Shown piece after piece: positions 37,275 through 47,265 of a stretch of DNA of 64,000 nucleotides. How positions within the stretch are numbered: the stretch's first letter is position 1; each line of letters begins with the position of its first letter. A program made the position numbers and the translations under genes. The notes under the pieces were generated by a model. It did no database searches, was not told the origin of the DNA, and saw nothing but the letters and a program-made list of their open reading frames with translations. Source of the stretch: Thermodesulfobacteriota bacterium. GTDB lineage: Bacteria; Desulfobacterota; Desulfarculia; JACQYL01. Location: assembly GCA_963675595.2 (NCBI GenBank), contig CAXXLZ010000001.1:928001-992000 (forward strand). Direction: 5' to 3'.

Positions 37275-39893
37275 CTATCTTGTTTCGTACATGAATTTCC
37301 AAAGGGGTATACGAAGGCCGCCGGGGTTCTTAGCCAACCATTGGGTGAAAATGCGGGCGGCATTTTGTATGGCGTTTTCACGCTCTTGCTTGCCGAGACC
37401 TTTGCCCACGTTTCTTTCGATGGCATAACAAAGAAACGCCCGCCATTTTGTGCATCCCATGTCTTCAATTCGTATGCTCTCCTGTTTGTTCAGCTTCTTT
37501 TCCCGTATGGCCATGGAAATGACTTCATTCATTCGATAGAGGAAGGACCGGGTCAGTACGCCCTGTTCCAACCATTCACGCATTTGGAGTTCCAAGTTCA
37601 GCAAATCGGAGAAATCCGACCAAGCCACGACTTCACCAAACAGGGTTATTCGATCACGTCCGGCATGCTTCGCCTGTTCGAGCGCCGCTTCGGAGGACTC
37701 GGCAAGCCGATCCGTTGGAAGGTTGGGTTTGGCGAGTTCGATACCCGCGGAAAAGTGGATTTCGGGATTGCCGCAGACGTATCTTTCAAAATCCTCTCTA
37801 AGCTGTAGAGCCAGGTCGATCACTCGGTTCCAAGGTCCGATGAGGAACAAATCGTCTCCACCCGCGAAGACCGTGTAGATGTCTTTGAAGTCCCCCCTGG
37901 TGCTCAGCAGATGAGGAAGATATAGGCAGAAGAAGAAATTCAGCTGGCGACTCAACGTGGAGAGTCGGGAGAGACTGAATCGTTCCTCGGGGAGTCCACA
38001 GGCAATAATGAGTCCGAGATTATCCACATCGGCTTTCAGGATTCCTAAGGCTTCGGTGCCGCGAGGTCCGCTTCCATCCTTTTCGGCATGCAACGACTTG
38101 ATCGCGATATGGCCCAAAGTCTTGGGGGCCTGCAACTCCATATCCATCATGAGTTCGGCCTTTCGGGATTCGTCTTTCCTGCTTCGAAAAAGCCTCTGGT
38201 CGTTTTGGTCTTCTTCATTGAAGACCGGTAGATAGCCGTTGATATATCTTTCCGCTATTTCTCCACGAGTTGCCGACTGTGGTTCATCACGCCACGCAGC
38301 CAGGTCCCAATACCGCAAGAGGTGACCTTGCTTGGCCATTTCATTCAGTGAACCGTTCAGGAATGCCAACTGATAGGACCCGAAAATCGGTTCCATCAAT
38401 TTCTTGTGGTCGCCCTTAATTTCCGCTTCAATAGCGGTGACGGCAATTCGATCGTTCTTGACCAGATTCGTGCCCAAGAAGATGTGATCACGGCAAACGG
38501 TGCAGGCCGATTGTGCTTCTCCCACAAGGGGGGTGTTCTCGGCACTGGGATGAGACGGCCTTTTCCCGCAGAAAGGGCAAAGGGGCCGGGTCAGGTCGTT
38601 GTTGAAAGCATCCAGGTATTCACTCACAACGCCCAAGTGCCGGGAAAAATCAAAACGAGCGTATTTCCGTCCTTCGGAGGCTGACAGCAGTCTTTCCCAG
38701 AGACTATGAAATCGGCCTTCCTTGGATACGAAATCAGCCGCCGCCGCCGGTACCTGTGAAAGGCCGAAAGAATTCTCCCCATAAGAGATACGGATGAGCC
38801 AGTCATTGATCCGCTCCTGCACGGTAGCCAAAGCCTTCTTTGTAGCCTCTGTATTCGGAGCGATCATCGTAAACTTGCCGGCGACGTTCAGCAGCGAGGA
38901 AGAAAAAGGCAGCCCGATCTCCCTACACAACATGTCGGATGCCAACTCAGAGAACAATGATACGGCAAATGAGCGTCCCCTTAGTATCTTGGATCTGTAC
39001 CTTCTCGTAGATCCGTACTTGCTGAAAATAAAGGACTGAATTCCGTGGAAATCCCCATTTATGATGAGAAATTTCTCGGGTTGGTAGTCCTTTATGCTTG
39101 ACTCGCTGAGATCGCCGATTTCCTTGTGGTACAAATAGAGTGCGGCTGAAATGGCGGCAACGCTTTTTGAATGATCGTAGAGCGAGATATCGGGTACGAC
39201 TTTCCCACTTCTGTCCGAGGGAACTGCCGAGGCAAACTTCATCATCAGGCTGTCGAAATTCTCAAACCAAAGGGCCAAGTTCACATCACGGTGAGAAAGC
39301 TTATGAAGTGCAGCCACAAAATCCGAGAAAAAGATTCTGTATTCTTGACGTGATTTGTCCTTTGATTGAGTTGAATGTGGTTTTTCCGGAAAAATAGTCA
39401 TTGGCCCCATAGGCTTTAGAGGGTATCGATATTGAACTTGCTTATGCGAACCGGAATTTCGGTCCAATTCGATTTGCTCGAAGATGGGCCAAAGACGGAC
39501 ATTCCGGTAATTATGCGTCGATGATCTATTTTCTTCAGCTTCGGTTGGATACGCGTCACGATCCCATCCACTGCTGATTCGGTCGGCGACCGTAATGATC
39601 CATTGAAGGGGAGTTTCCGGCTTGTGGTGCGAAGCGGCCAAATTGATGAATGAGTCGCCGTCACCCCAATCCGGACTGTTCAGTTCCCGTGGAAGAATAT
39701 GTTTCATGGTCTCGATGAAACATGCCGTATACAAAGCGTGAATATGCGAGTGCCATCCGTCTCTAAACGGTTGGTAGATGTCGGCGTTGTTTTGGATATA
39801 CTCCTCGGTGAGACCCAGTACCTCCGGATCCACCATTTTTCCCAAGTCGTGACAAAAGCCGGCCATCGAAACTTTCAATACATTTCTATCCAT
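37275..39893 (-). CDS. cas10: Cas10/Csm1 with HD nuclease and cyclase palm domains
   Basis: HDLGK, ASHH, ADRISSG, SLYDHSK, CPFC/CTVC, KADVDNLG, AGGDDL. Confidence 0.96.
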   Translation of the reverse strand: MDRNVLKVSMAGFCHDLGKMVDPEVLGLTEEYIQNNADIYQPFRDGWHSHIHALYTACFIETMKHILPRELNSPDWGDGDSFINLAASHHKPETPLQWIITVADRISSGWDRDAYPTEAEENRSSTHNYRNVRLWPIFEQIELDRNSGSHKQVQYRYPLKPMGPMTIFPEKPHSTQSKDKSRQEYRIFFSDFVAALHKLSHRDVNLALWFENFDSLMMKFASAVPSDRSGKVVPDISLYDHSKSVAAISAALYLYHKEIGDLSESSIKDYQPEKFLIINGDFHGIQSFIFSKYGSTRRYRSKILRGRSFAVSLFSELASDMLCREIGLPFSSSLLNVAGKFTMIAPNTEATKKALATVQERINDWLIRISYGENSFGLSQVPAAAADFVSKEGRFHSLWERLLSASEGRKYARFDFSRHLGVVSEYLDAFNNDLTRPLCPFCGKRPSHPSAENTPLVGEAQSACTVCRDHIFLGTNLVKNDRIAVTAIEAEIKGDHKKLMEPIFGSYQLAFLNGSLNEMAKQGHLLRYWDLAAWRDEPQSATRGEIAERYINGYLPVFNEEDQNDQRLFRSRKDESRKAELMMDMELQAPKTLGHIAIKSLHAEKDGSGPRGTEALGILKADVDNLGLIIACGLPEERFSLSRLSTLSRQLNFFFCLYLPHLLSTRGDFKDIYTVFAGGDDLFLIGPWNRVIDLALQLREDFERYVCGNPEIHFSAGIELAKPNLPTDRLAESSEAALEQAKHAGRDRITLFGEVVAWSDFSDLLNLELQMREWLEQGVLTRSFLYRMNEVISMAIREKKLNKQESIRIEDMGCTKWRAFLCYAIERNVGKGLGKQERENAIQNAARIFTQWLAKNPGGLRIPLWKFMYETR

Positions 39894-39924
39894 AACGCCT
39901 CCTCAGCTCACAAGGTGGATCGTC

Positions 39925-39970
39925 ATTGTAGCTCTTGTTCCGCGAAAATAAACCCCGGCAACGTTGCCGT
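39925..39970 (-). promoter_or_regulatory. Palindromic operator plus putative sigma-70 promoter of cas10
   Basis: CGGCAACGTTGCCG at 39956-39969; TACAAT (minus strand) at 39925-39930, 25 nt downstream. Confidence 0.65.
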
Positions 39971-39971
39971 A

Positions 39972-41096
39972 TCAGTAGATGACTTTGATCCGGTTTCGGT
40001 CCATTAGAATCCCATATCTCTTGCTGGGTGGAATCCCCGTTGATGCGATTTCCAGCTCTTTGACGGCGTAGGGGCCGTATCGGTCCAACAAGGCTTTTCT
40101 GATCTTGGACTTGTAGGAGTTGAAATTCTCAGAGCTGAGCGCCGTTATGCCTGTATCACTCATGCCGCCGATCACACGCCCTCTCGTAAGTTTGCGGTAC
40201 ATTTCGGTCACTCGTTGCTGCTGTTCGTGCACCTTTTCGATCTCCATGAAGCATTCGGAACAACCCTTACAATCCAAACGACTGCAATCGTATTCCTTTT
40301 TGTGTTGGACGAAGAACGCGTAAAGCGCGAGGTGGGCGGGCCTCATGTCCAGCTCCATGCCGCGATAGACTAGCGAATTCCGACTCAGGTCCAGCAGAAG
40401 CTGTTGCCTGGTTTCCCGCACAAGGGAAAGCATAAGCGTTCCCGGGTCCAAAGGTTCCTTGAGCAACTCATCCGACAACCGGTCCCGGACGCCGGGAAAG
40501 GGCAAATGCACCAGGTTGACTTGGGAGAACCGGGTGTCTTTGTAACAGGGTTCGCCCTTTTCATCCTTCAGGCAAATGATTCGGGGCTCCTTGGGAGGGT
40601 AGAAGAACGCCGGGTTGCTTTCGAATTCGGGTGAGACCAGCACGTGATAGACCCGATCTTGAGGCCGGGCATAGACCTGGGCCGCCAGGGCCAGGCAGGA
40701 ACTCATGGTCTTCCTTCCCCCGGCCAGGGAGAAATAGACCGTCGTGTCCGGAGAAGCCGTGAAGCGGAAGGCCAATCGGAGGCAGAGGCCCAGCAGCCGC
40801 TCATTGTCTTCCTCGGTCACGATGTCCCCCGTCTCGATACCGTGCTCGTCGGTCACCACGTGCACGTTCCTGTGAGTAAAATCCACGGAGTTCGCCGGTA
40901 ACCCTTGCTCCTCTAAATACTGATGAAAGATGCCCGATTCCGGAATGAGGAGCGTGGAAAAAATCCGTTCCTTGCCTTGACGGGTGGTAATCACATGTAC
41001 CGCATCAACGGTCTTGCCGTTCTGATGCAGCGCGTAAAGCGTCTCCGTAATCACCTGAGGCGCAAGGCCGCACACCGCCAACAGGACGGATTTCAT
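39972..41096 (-). CDS. CARF protein, NE0113 family (ring-nuclease-like), with C-terminal Cys4/winged-helix-like domain
   Basis: GLAPQVITETLYAL, SLAGGRKTM, HVLVSPEFE; C-terminal CSRLDCKGCSEC and NSYKSKIRKAL..YG (OmpR-type wHTH-like). Confidence 0.82.
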   Translation of the reverse strand: MKSVLLAVCGLAPQVITETLYALHQNGKTVDAVHVITTRQGKERIFSTLLIPESGIFHQYLEEQGLPANSVDFTHRNVHVVTDEHGIETGDIVTEEDNERLLGLCLRLAFRFTASPDTTVYFSLAGGRKTMSSCLALAAQVYARPQDRVYHVLVSPEFESNPAFFYPPKEPRIICLKDEKGEPCYKDTRFSQVNLVHLPFPGVRDRLSDELLKEPLDPGTLMLSLVRETRQQLLLDLSRNSLVYRGMELDMRPAHLALYAFFVQHKKEYDCSRLDCKGCSECFMEIEKVHEQQQRVTEMYRKLTRGRVIGGMSDTGITALSSENFNSYKSKIRKALLDRYGPYAVKELEIASTGIPPSKRYGILMDRNRIKVIY

Positions 41097-42046
41097 GCGT
41101 CATCCTCGGGCGTGACCGTGATCTTTCCCAGACCGAAACTGGTGGCCTTACCCAGATGCACGGTCTCACAGTATTTGAGGAGGGGCAGAAATTCTCCGAC
41201 GGCCCCCTCGTAAGTTATGGTTCCGATCATGCCTCCCATAAGCATGGCCTGTTCTTGGCGATTGGAATATCGTCGCCAATCGAACCATCGTAGCTGTTGT
41301 GAAGCCGGTCTCACTGCTTGCGCCCGTGCCACCAGGCCCCGGTAATCTATGTCGGGCTCCCCGTTTCCGAAATGCCGGTTGAGGGCGGCCAGCCGACGGA
41401 GGGCCGCACGAATCAGGACATGGAAAGGAAGCTCCGCCTGCAATCGGTTTTGGAACTTGAGTCTCAGCGGCGTATCCAAGGACAAGCGAACGCGATTTGG
41501 ACTTTTCAATTTCGTGGAAAAGTCGGCCAGGGCAATATCCGGTGGGGCTTGGGTTTCGAGCCGTCTTTCTTCTCCGTTGTAGGATGAACCATGATCCGAC
41601 GTCATGGAGTCGATGCGAAATGAGGCCCTTTTACCCTCATGCTTCTTTCCAATGCCCAGTGACCCCATTTGTTCCAGGGCGTAGACAAAGTAGGGGAGAG
41701 AATCGTTGGCGTATCCGAACAGGAGCAATCGAAAGTCGAAACTGCTTCCTTTCGGATGAACCGTCCGGGACGACAAGGGGGGTTCGATGACGAACGGGTG
41801 TGGAGGGGAAGGTGAAGCAGTAGTAGGCCGGTCCCCATGATTCCAGCCTGCGGAGTCTTCGAAGACTCTTGCATAGATGCATTGTTCGCGGAGAAGGCAG
41901 TCCGGACATTCCTGTCGTTTCAGCGCGCAGACCACCCGTTTCAGGGCGACTCCGAATACGCCTCGAAAAGTGGATCCTTTGAAAGGGGGTAGGTAGGCGT
42001 CATCCTCGAAAACCGAATGAAAATGATAACGGCCGAATCTCATCAT
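41093..42046 (-). CDS. cas6: Cas6 pre-crRNA endoribonuclease
   Basis: GSTFRGVFG, C..C..C..C insert, PHPFV, HLGKATSFGLG glycine loop. Confidence 0.92.
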   Translation of the reverse strand: MMRFGRYHFHSVFEDDAYLPPFKGSTFRGVFGVALKRVVCALKRQECPDCLLREQCIYARVFEDSAGWNHGDRPTTASPSPPHPFVIEPPLSSRTVHPKGSSFDFRLLLFGYANDSLPYFVYALEQMGSLGIGKKHEGKRASFRIDSMTSDHGSSYNGEERRLETQAPPDIALADFSTKLKSPNRVRLSLDTPLRLKFQNRLQAELPFHVLIRAALRRLAALNRHFGNGEPDIDYRGLVARAQAVRPASQQLRWFDWRRYSNRQEQAMLMGGMIGTITYEGAVGEFLPLLKYCETVHLGKATSFGLGKITVTPEDDA

Positions 42047-42082
42047 AGAGCTCCCTGCGTTGGATTACATTCCGGAATTCGG

Positions 42083-42129
42083 ATTAAATACCGCCGTGCT
42101 CCGGCAAACAAGCGCGGCAACGTTGCCGT
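42083..42129 (-). promoter_or_regulatory. Palindromic operator plus putative sigma-70 promoter of cas6
   Basis: CGGCAACGTTGCCG at 42115-42128, then on the minus strand TTGTTT-N17-TTTAAT. Confidence 0.65.
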
Positions 42130-42262
42130 GCGAATCGAATCGTGGTGCGGATGCGGAGCAGGGGCTATCGGTGCATTGTTTTCAGGAAGCGACAGCCTTT
42201 CATGAGCTTGATACGCGTACAGGAGCGAGGGGCGTTTTCATCCGAGACGACCCGCCCGAGTC

Positions 42263-42281
42263 AAGATTATTCAATAATCTT
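42263..42281. promoter_or_regulatory. Perfect 9-bp inverted repeat upstream of the cas operon
   Basis: AAGATTATT-C-AATAATCTT. Confidence 0.45.
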
Positions 42282-43060
42282 TATTTCTTAGGCTGTTTTC
42301 AGCGATGTGTCTATAGGGAGTTCCCGTCATTTTTGCAGATTAGCGGCCTGTGACGATCTTGGTTTGGTTCTTAAGCTTGACTTCAGGACAGGCAGTGGTA
42401 GGCTGAAATCGTTTAAAATCCGGCGAATCGGATGATCATCCGACCATGTTCCGAAAATTTCTTTCAATGTTCGAATCCGTCCAGACCCGAGGGGCCCCGA
42501 AGACCCAGGGCGGTTTTTTTCCGCCGCGGGCAATTGCGCGCGATTTTTTGATGGAAATCACCATGAGTAAGAAGGAGACTTTGAACGGAGAAACCATTAT
42601 CGGCGCCACCGCCGGCTTCGACTGCGACGAAGCGTCCTGAGAGTTCGAAGCCACAGGTGGCAGGGTCGAAATGGTGGAAACCGTCTTTGTCGAAGGCTTC
42701 GAAGAAGCCTGAAAGGCGGCCTTGCCGGGGTGGTCCCGGCCGGCTCTTCAAACAGATCGATTGTTAGCTCTCGGGGTATGAAAGCATGGCGCAACGCAAG
42801 AGGCGAAGGAACCGGCGCTTGATCAATGCGCAACAGAACCAGGAATAGAACCATTTGAATTATCAAGGAACATATCAATAACATCAAATTCGGTAAAATG
42901 GGGATGTTGGTGCCGTTGTGTGCACAATTACCGGGAATTACACAGAAAATTTGGTACAATAGAGCAGGGCGAGATATGGTTTCGAAAAACTTACTATTGG
43001 TCATGTTTAAGAAAGGAGCGAGCTTCGAAAAGGCCGTCACGTAATGCTTAAGAGGTCCGA

Positions 43061-43384
43061 GTGTGCCTCCCATGTGCCCACGGGAAAGGAGAACGATTGA
43101 ATGGGCGGTCTTTACAAACGTGGAAGCGTCTGGCGGCCAAATACAATCACAACGACAAACCGGAATCTCTGCCGGGGCGGGGTGAACGAACGATCGCAAT
43201 GGCCGTAACGGGGCACAAGACCCGGGCCGTTTTCGACCGATACAACATCGTCAGCGAGTCGGATTTGAGAATGGCGACGGAACGGCGGGCCGCATACCTG
43301 GAGGCACAGAGCGGGCGGTTGGGCGCAGTATCGGGCACAACGGCCTTGAAAAACAAAAGGGAAGCTGCGGAAGCGTCAAGATGA
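43061..43384 (+). pseudogene. C-terminal remnant of a tyrosine recombinase/integrase
   Basis: [19 protein letters not shown] carries the box II GH...Y catalytic segment; N-terminal part absent; abuts tRNA 3' end. Confidence 0.75.
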
Positions 43385-43407
43385 CTCCGCCAACTTCCCG
43401 AAATGAT

Positions 43408-43505
43408 TGGCGGAAGTGCATGGGAATCGAACCCACCGAGGACGCTGCTCACGCCCTCCACCGGATTTGAAGTCCGGGAGCCCCACCAGCGGGCTATCCA
43501 CTTCC
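43408..43505 (-). tRNA. selC: tRNA-Sec (UCA)
   Basis: GGAAGTGG...GGACTTCAAATCC (anticodon TCA), long variable arm, GGTTCGATTCCC, ends CACTTCCGCCA. Confidence 0.95.
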
Positions 43506-43643
43506 ATATTCAAGGCGGTTCGGACGCATCGGCATTGCCGATGCAATTCTTAAGTATAAACATCCAACAGTGAATGTGTCAAGCGCAAGGCGTCGGCTTT
43601 GCCGGAAGCCGGCATAGCCGATCCGTATTGCTTTCGTGCGGAA

Positions 43644-44834
43644 TTAGTAGAGAAACATGGGTTTCCCGCTCACATGTCGTACTTTGGGACGATACTGCTC
43701 AATGTCGTAGAGCTCCCTCACGTCCACCCGTTTCTGACCCGTGGTGATGGTGGTCATGGGGACGTCTCCGTACTGCCCGTTTCGCAGCACCACCAGTCTG
43801 CCGGTGGATTCCTTGCGAATCAGGTCCACGGCCATATTGGCGTAGTTCACCGCCACCATCATGTCCAAAGAATCGGGCGAGCCGCTTCTCATGAGGTAGA
43901 ACAGCGGCTGGAAAATGATGTCGACACCCGTGAGTTTTCGAATGGCTTCTCCGGTAACGGCCCCGATGCCCCCCAGCTTGCGATGCCCGTAAGGATCCTC
44001 CTCGCCTCTGAGGACCATGCTTCCGCCTTCCATTTTCGCGCCCTCGCTGATGGTCATCATGGCGTAGTTGCTGGGATTTCTGCTTCGGTCGTCCACAAGA
44101 AAGGCGGCGAGCTTCTCGATATCGAAAGGCACTTCCGAGATGACGGCACGGTCCACCCAGGCCAGATACGCAGTCACCAGGGAAGTCTCTCCGCAGTACC
44201 GTCCGAATAACTCGACCACCGCGATCCGTTCGTGGGAACCGGTGGAGGTGCGAAGTTGATGAATGAATTGGACACTTCGCGTGACCGCGGTGGAGAAACC
44301 GATACAATAGTCCGTACCGTAAACGTCGTTGTCCATGGTCTTGGGGATGGCGACCACGGGAAATCCCTCTCGGTGCAAACGCTCACCGAAGGAGAGCGTG
44401 TCGTCGCCTCCAATGGGAACAACCACGTCCACGCCCAGCTTCTCCAAATTGGACAAGACGTGTGCGGTGAAGTCCGTCTTCTCCTTGGTCATGTCTTGTT
44501 TGTCCCGCAGGAATTCCGGACAGTCCTTGGTGCGGACGCCGCTGGGATTGGTTCTCGAGGTGTGGAGAAAGGTGCCTCCCGTTCGGTCGATGGTCCTGAC
44601 GGTTGCCTTGTCCAACTCGATGACGTTTTGATCCCTGCTTTCCGGATCGTCCGGGTTGTACTCCAGCAGGCCCGCCCATCCCTTCTTGATGCCGATGACC
44701 CTCAGATCGTGATCCATGGCGCTGTAAACGAGGGCCTTGATGCATGGATTGAGCCCCGGGACGTCACCTCCGCCGGTGAGCACTGCAATGGTTTGCTTCT
44801 TCCGACTAGTCAAGGCGATTTCCTTTCCTGTCAA
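43644..44834 (-). CDS. 6-phosphofructokinase, probably PPi-dependent
   Basis: [24 protein letters not shown] (Asp variant), PKTMDND. Confidence 0.9.
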   Translation of the reverse strand: MTGKEIALTSRKKQTIAVLTGGGDVPGLNPCIKALVYSAMDHDLRVIGIKKGWAGLLEYNPDDPESRDQNVIELDKATVRTIDRTGGTFLHTSRTNPSGVRTKDCPEFLRDKQDMTKEKTDFTAHVLSNLEKLGVDVVVPIGGDDTLSFGERLHREGFPVVAIPKTMDNDVYGTDYCIGFSTAVTRSVQFIHQLRTSTGSHERIAVVELFGRYCGETSLVTAYLAWVDRAVISEVPFDIEKLAAFLVDDRSRNPSNYAMMTISEGAKMEGGSMVLRGEEDPYGHRKLGGIGAVTGEAIRKLTGVDIIFQPLFYLMRSGSPDSLDMMVAVNYANMAVDLIRKESTGRLVVLRNGQYGDVPMTTITTGQKRVDVRELYDIEQYRPKVRHVSGKPMFLY

Positions 44835-44966
44835 TAGGTCGATCCTGGCGGGGACGTCCGGCCGATGCGGCCGTTCGCGCCCGACGACACATCCACGGCA
44901 ACGCCGACTTGCAGACCCTATCGTGTCCGATTCATCGGTGGTCCGCAGCTTTCGGAACGGCGGAGG

Positions 44967-46160
44967 CTAGTTCTTGCTCATCAAGTGGGCCACCATCTTT
45001 TCCAGACCGTCCAGAGAGAGTTCGAACATGGGAATGAGCTCTCGGATGATGAGGATCGTCCGCGTATATTCCCACTGAGGTGCGGGCACGGGATTGAGCC
45101 AAACACAGCGGCCGAAGGTCGAGGTCAGGAACTTCAGCCGTTCGATGCTGGGTTGGGTGCTTCTTTCTTCCACGTGGATGGATCCGTCCGTGGCCATAAG
45201 CTCGTAAGGCGCCATGCTGGCGTCTCCGAGAATGATCATTCTTGAATCGGGGTCCTTGCCGCTGAATTCCTCCACACGGAAGGGTCTGATTCTCCGGGGA
45301 GGATCCTCCCACACGGCGTCGTAGATTGTGTTATGAAAATAATAAGTCTTGATGTCCTTGAATTGGGATCGGGCATAGTTGAACAGGGTTTGGACGATGT
45401 CCACGTAGGGATCCATGGACCATCCTCCATTGTCGATCAACAGGATGATCTTCAAGCGATCTCGGAGGCTCCGGTCGAAAACGATGTCGATTTCGCCTGC
45501 GTTTTTCATGGTGGATCGGATGGTCTCATCCAGGTTCAATCGATCCCTGGGGCCGACGGCCGTCATGTATCGGAGGCGTTTGAGGGCTTCGCCCATTTGA
45601 GATTGGGTGAGGGGACCGTCCTGGGAATAGTCGCGATACCGCCGGTCCATGGCCACTTTCACCGCGGATTTGTTGCGGGAGACGCCTCCGATGCGCATGC
45701 CTCCCGGGTTGTGACCCGAATGTCCCACGGGGGAAAATCCGCCCGTTCCGATCCAACGCCAGCCTCCGTGGTGGGCTCCGTCCTGATCCTTGAGCCGTTC
45801 CAGGAAGTACTCGATCAGCTCTTCCGGACTGAGCTGAAGGAGGTCGTTCTCGTCGACTCCGAGCAGATCGGCCAGTTCCTTGGGATCCTTGAGCCACTCA
45901 TCCAACAGCGCGCGTACGGTTTCTTCCAGCTCGACGGCGGTCAGGTCGGGCAGTTCCACGCCGTGAAAGTGGTGAGAAAAGATCCGGTCGTACAAATCGA
46001 AAAACCGTTCGCTCTTGATGAGTATGGAGCGGGCCCCGATGTACAGGTCTTCGAGACTCATGATGAGCCCGCCCCTCATGGCGCTCTGCAGGCGAAGAAA
46101 GGAGGTGGGCGAGACCGGGATGCCTCCCTCTTTCAGTAGGTAAAAGAATTCAACAAACAT
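44967..46160 (-). CDS. VWA-domain (CoxE-like) protein
   Basis: HHGGWRWIGTGG.SP.GH, IDNGGWSM MIDAS-like motif, WLNP. Confidence 0.85.
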   Translation of the reverse strand: MFVEFFYLLKEGGIPVSPTSFLRLQSAMRGGLIMSLEDLYIGARSILIKSERFFDLYDRIFSHHFHGVELPDLTAVELEETVRALLDEWLKDPKELADLLGVDENDLLQLSPEELIEYFLERLKDQDGAHHGGWRWIGTGGFSPVGHSGHNPGGMRIGGVSRNKSAVKVAMDRRYRDYSQDGPLTQSQMGEALKRLRYMTAVGPRDRLNLDETIRSTMKNAGEIDIVFDRSLRDRLKIILLIDNGGWSMDPYVDIVQTLFNYARSQFKDIKTYYFHNTIYDAVWEDPPRRIRPFRVEEFSGKDPDSRMIILGDASMAPYELMATDGSIHVEERSTQPSIERLKFLTSTFGRCVWLNPVPAPQWEYTRTILIIRELIPMFELSLDGLEKMVAHLMSKN

Positions 46161-46180
46161 GTCGTGTCGTCTCAGTCTTC

Positions 46181-47023
46181 CTACAAGCGAAACCTCTTGA
46201 GCTGCTTTTCCGCCTGCTGATAGTCGGGGCTTTTCTTGAACAATACGCCCAGGTATGGAATCTTCCCTCGGACCAACTCCTTGTGGTCGAAGTCCGGATC
46301 GGCCAACAACGCCCGTATCCAGTTGATCAGTTCGCGGGTGGCCGGCTTCTTCTCCACTCCGGGCATCTCCCTGAGGAGGTAGAAACACTGCACGCAGGCA
46401 TCCATCATGTCCTGCGCCAGGTTCGGGAAGTGCACGAGCACGATGCTCCGCATCATTTCCGGCTCGGGGAAGGCGATGTGGTGAAAGTTGCATCTTCCCA
46501 AGAACGGATCCGAGAGGTCCTTCTTCGCGTTGGAGGTAATGATCACCACCGGACGATTGATGGCCTTCAACGTACGGTCGATTTCAATGATATCGAAGGT
46601 CATCTGGTCCAAAACGTCCAGCATGTCGTCCTGGAAATCCGTGTCCGCCTTATCGATTTCGTCGATGAGCAGCACCACGCGCCGGTCGGCCGTGAATGCC
46701 TGTCCGATCTTTCCCATGCGGATATAGTCTTCGATGTTGCTCACGTTGCGTTCCGAGTCTCCGAAACGACTGTCGTTCAGGCGGGTGAGCGTGTCGTACT
46801 GGTACAGACAGTCCACCAATTTCATGCTGGATTTAACGTTCAGTACGATAAGCGGCATATTCAGGTTTTCGGCAATGGCATAAGCCAGCATGGTCTTCCC
46901 GGTTCCGGGCTCTCCCTTGAGAAGGAGAGGCATCTCGAGAGCCATGGAGATGTTGACGATCTTAGCCAACTCGTTGTCCAATACATACCGGCTCGCGCCG
47001 GTGAATCTAGCGTGGTCGTTCAT
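46181..47023 (-). CDS. MoxR-family AAA+ ATPase
   Basis: GEPGTGKT, LLIDEIDKA, ITSN. Confidence 0.92.
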   Translation of the reverse strand: MNDHARFTGASRYVLDNELAKIVNISMALEMPLLLKGEPGTGKTMLAYAIAENLNMPLIVLNVKSSMKLVDCLYQYDTLTRLNDSRFGDSERNVSNIEDYIRMGKIGQAFTADRRVVLLIDEIDKADTDFQDDMLDVLDQMTFDIIEIDRTLKAINRPVVIITSNAKKDLSDPFLGRCNFHHIAFPEPEMMRSIVLVHFPNLAQDMMDACVQCFYLLREMPGVEKKPATRELINWIRALLADPDFDHKELVRGKIPYLGVLFKKSPDYQQAEKQLKRFRL

Positions 47024-47265
47024 GAATTCCGCAACTCCTTGTGATCCTTGACTGGAAAAAGCGGCGCAGAGCCGATGGTATCGATATTCGGAACGGTTCG
47101 CCGAGCGGGTTACTCAAGGGACTATAACCCATTCTAAGAAGCCGGCTCAAGGGCTAGTCGGACGATCCATCCGAACGGAGCCATAATTTCACCTTCCCGG
47201 TTTGGTGAAGGAAGCGTGGGATCTTGAAGCCGGACCGCGTTTCACCCGTGTCGTGATTTCGCCAT

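Noticed and set aside
43526-43544. Inverted repeat GCATCGGCA-T-TGCCGATGC upstream of selC as a third cas-type operator
   Set aside because: Shares CGGCA/TGCCG arms but has different spacing and lacks the AACGTT core; more likely a hairpin between pfk and selC
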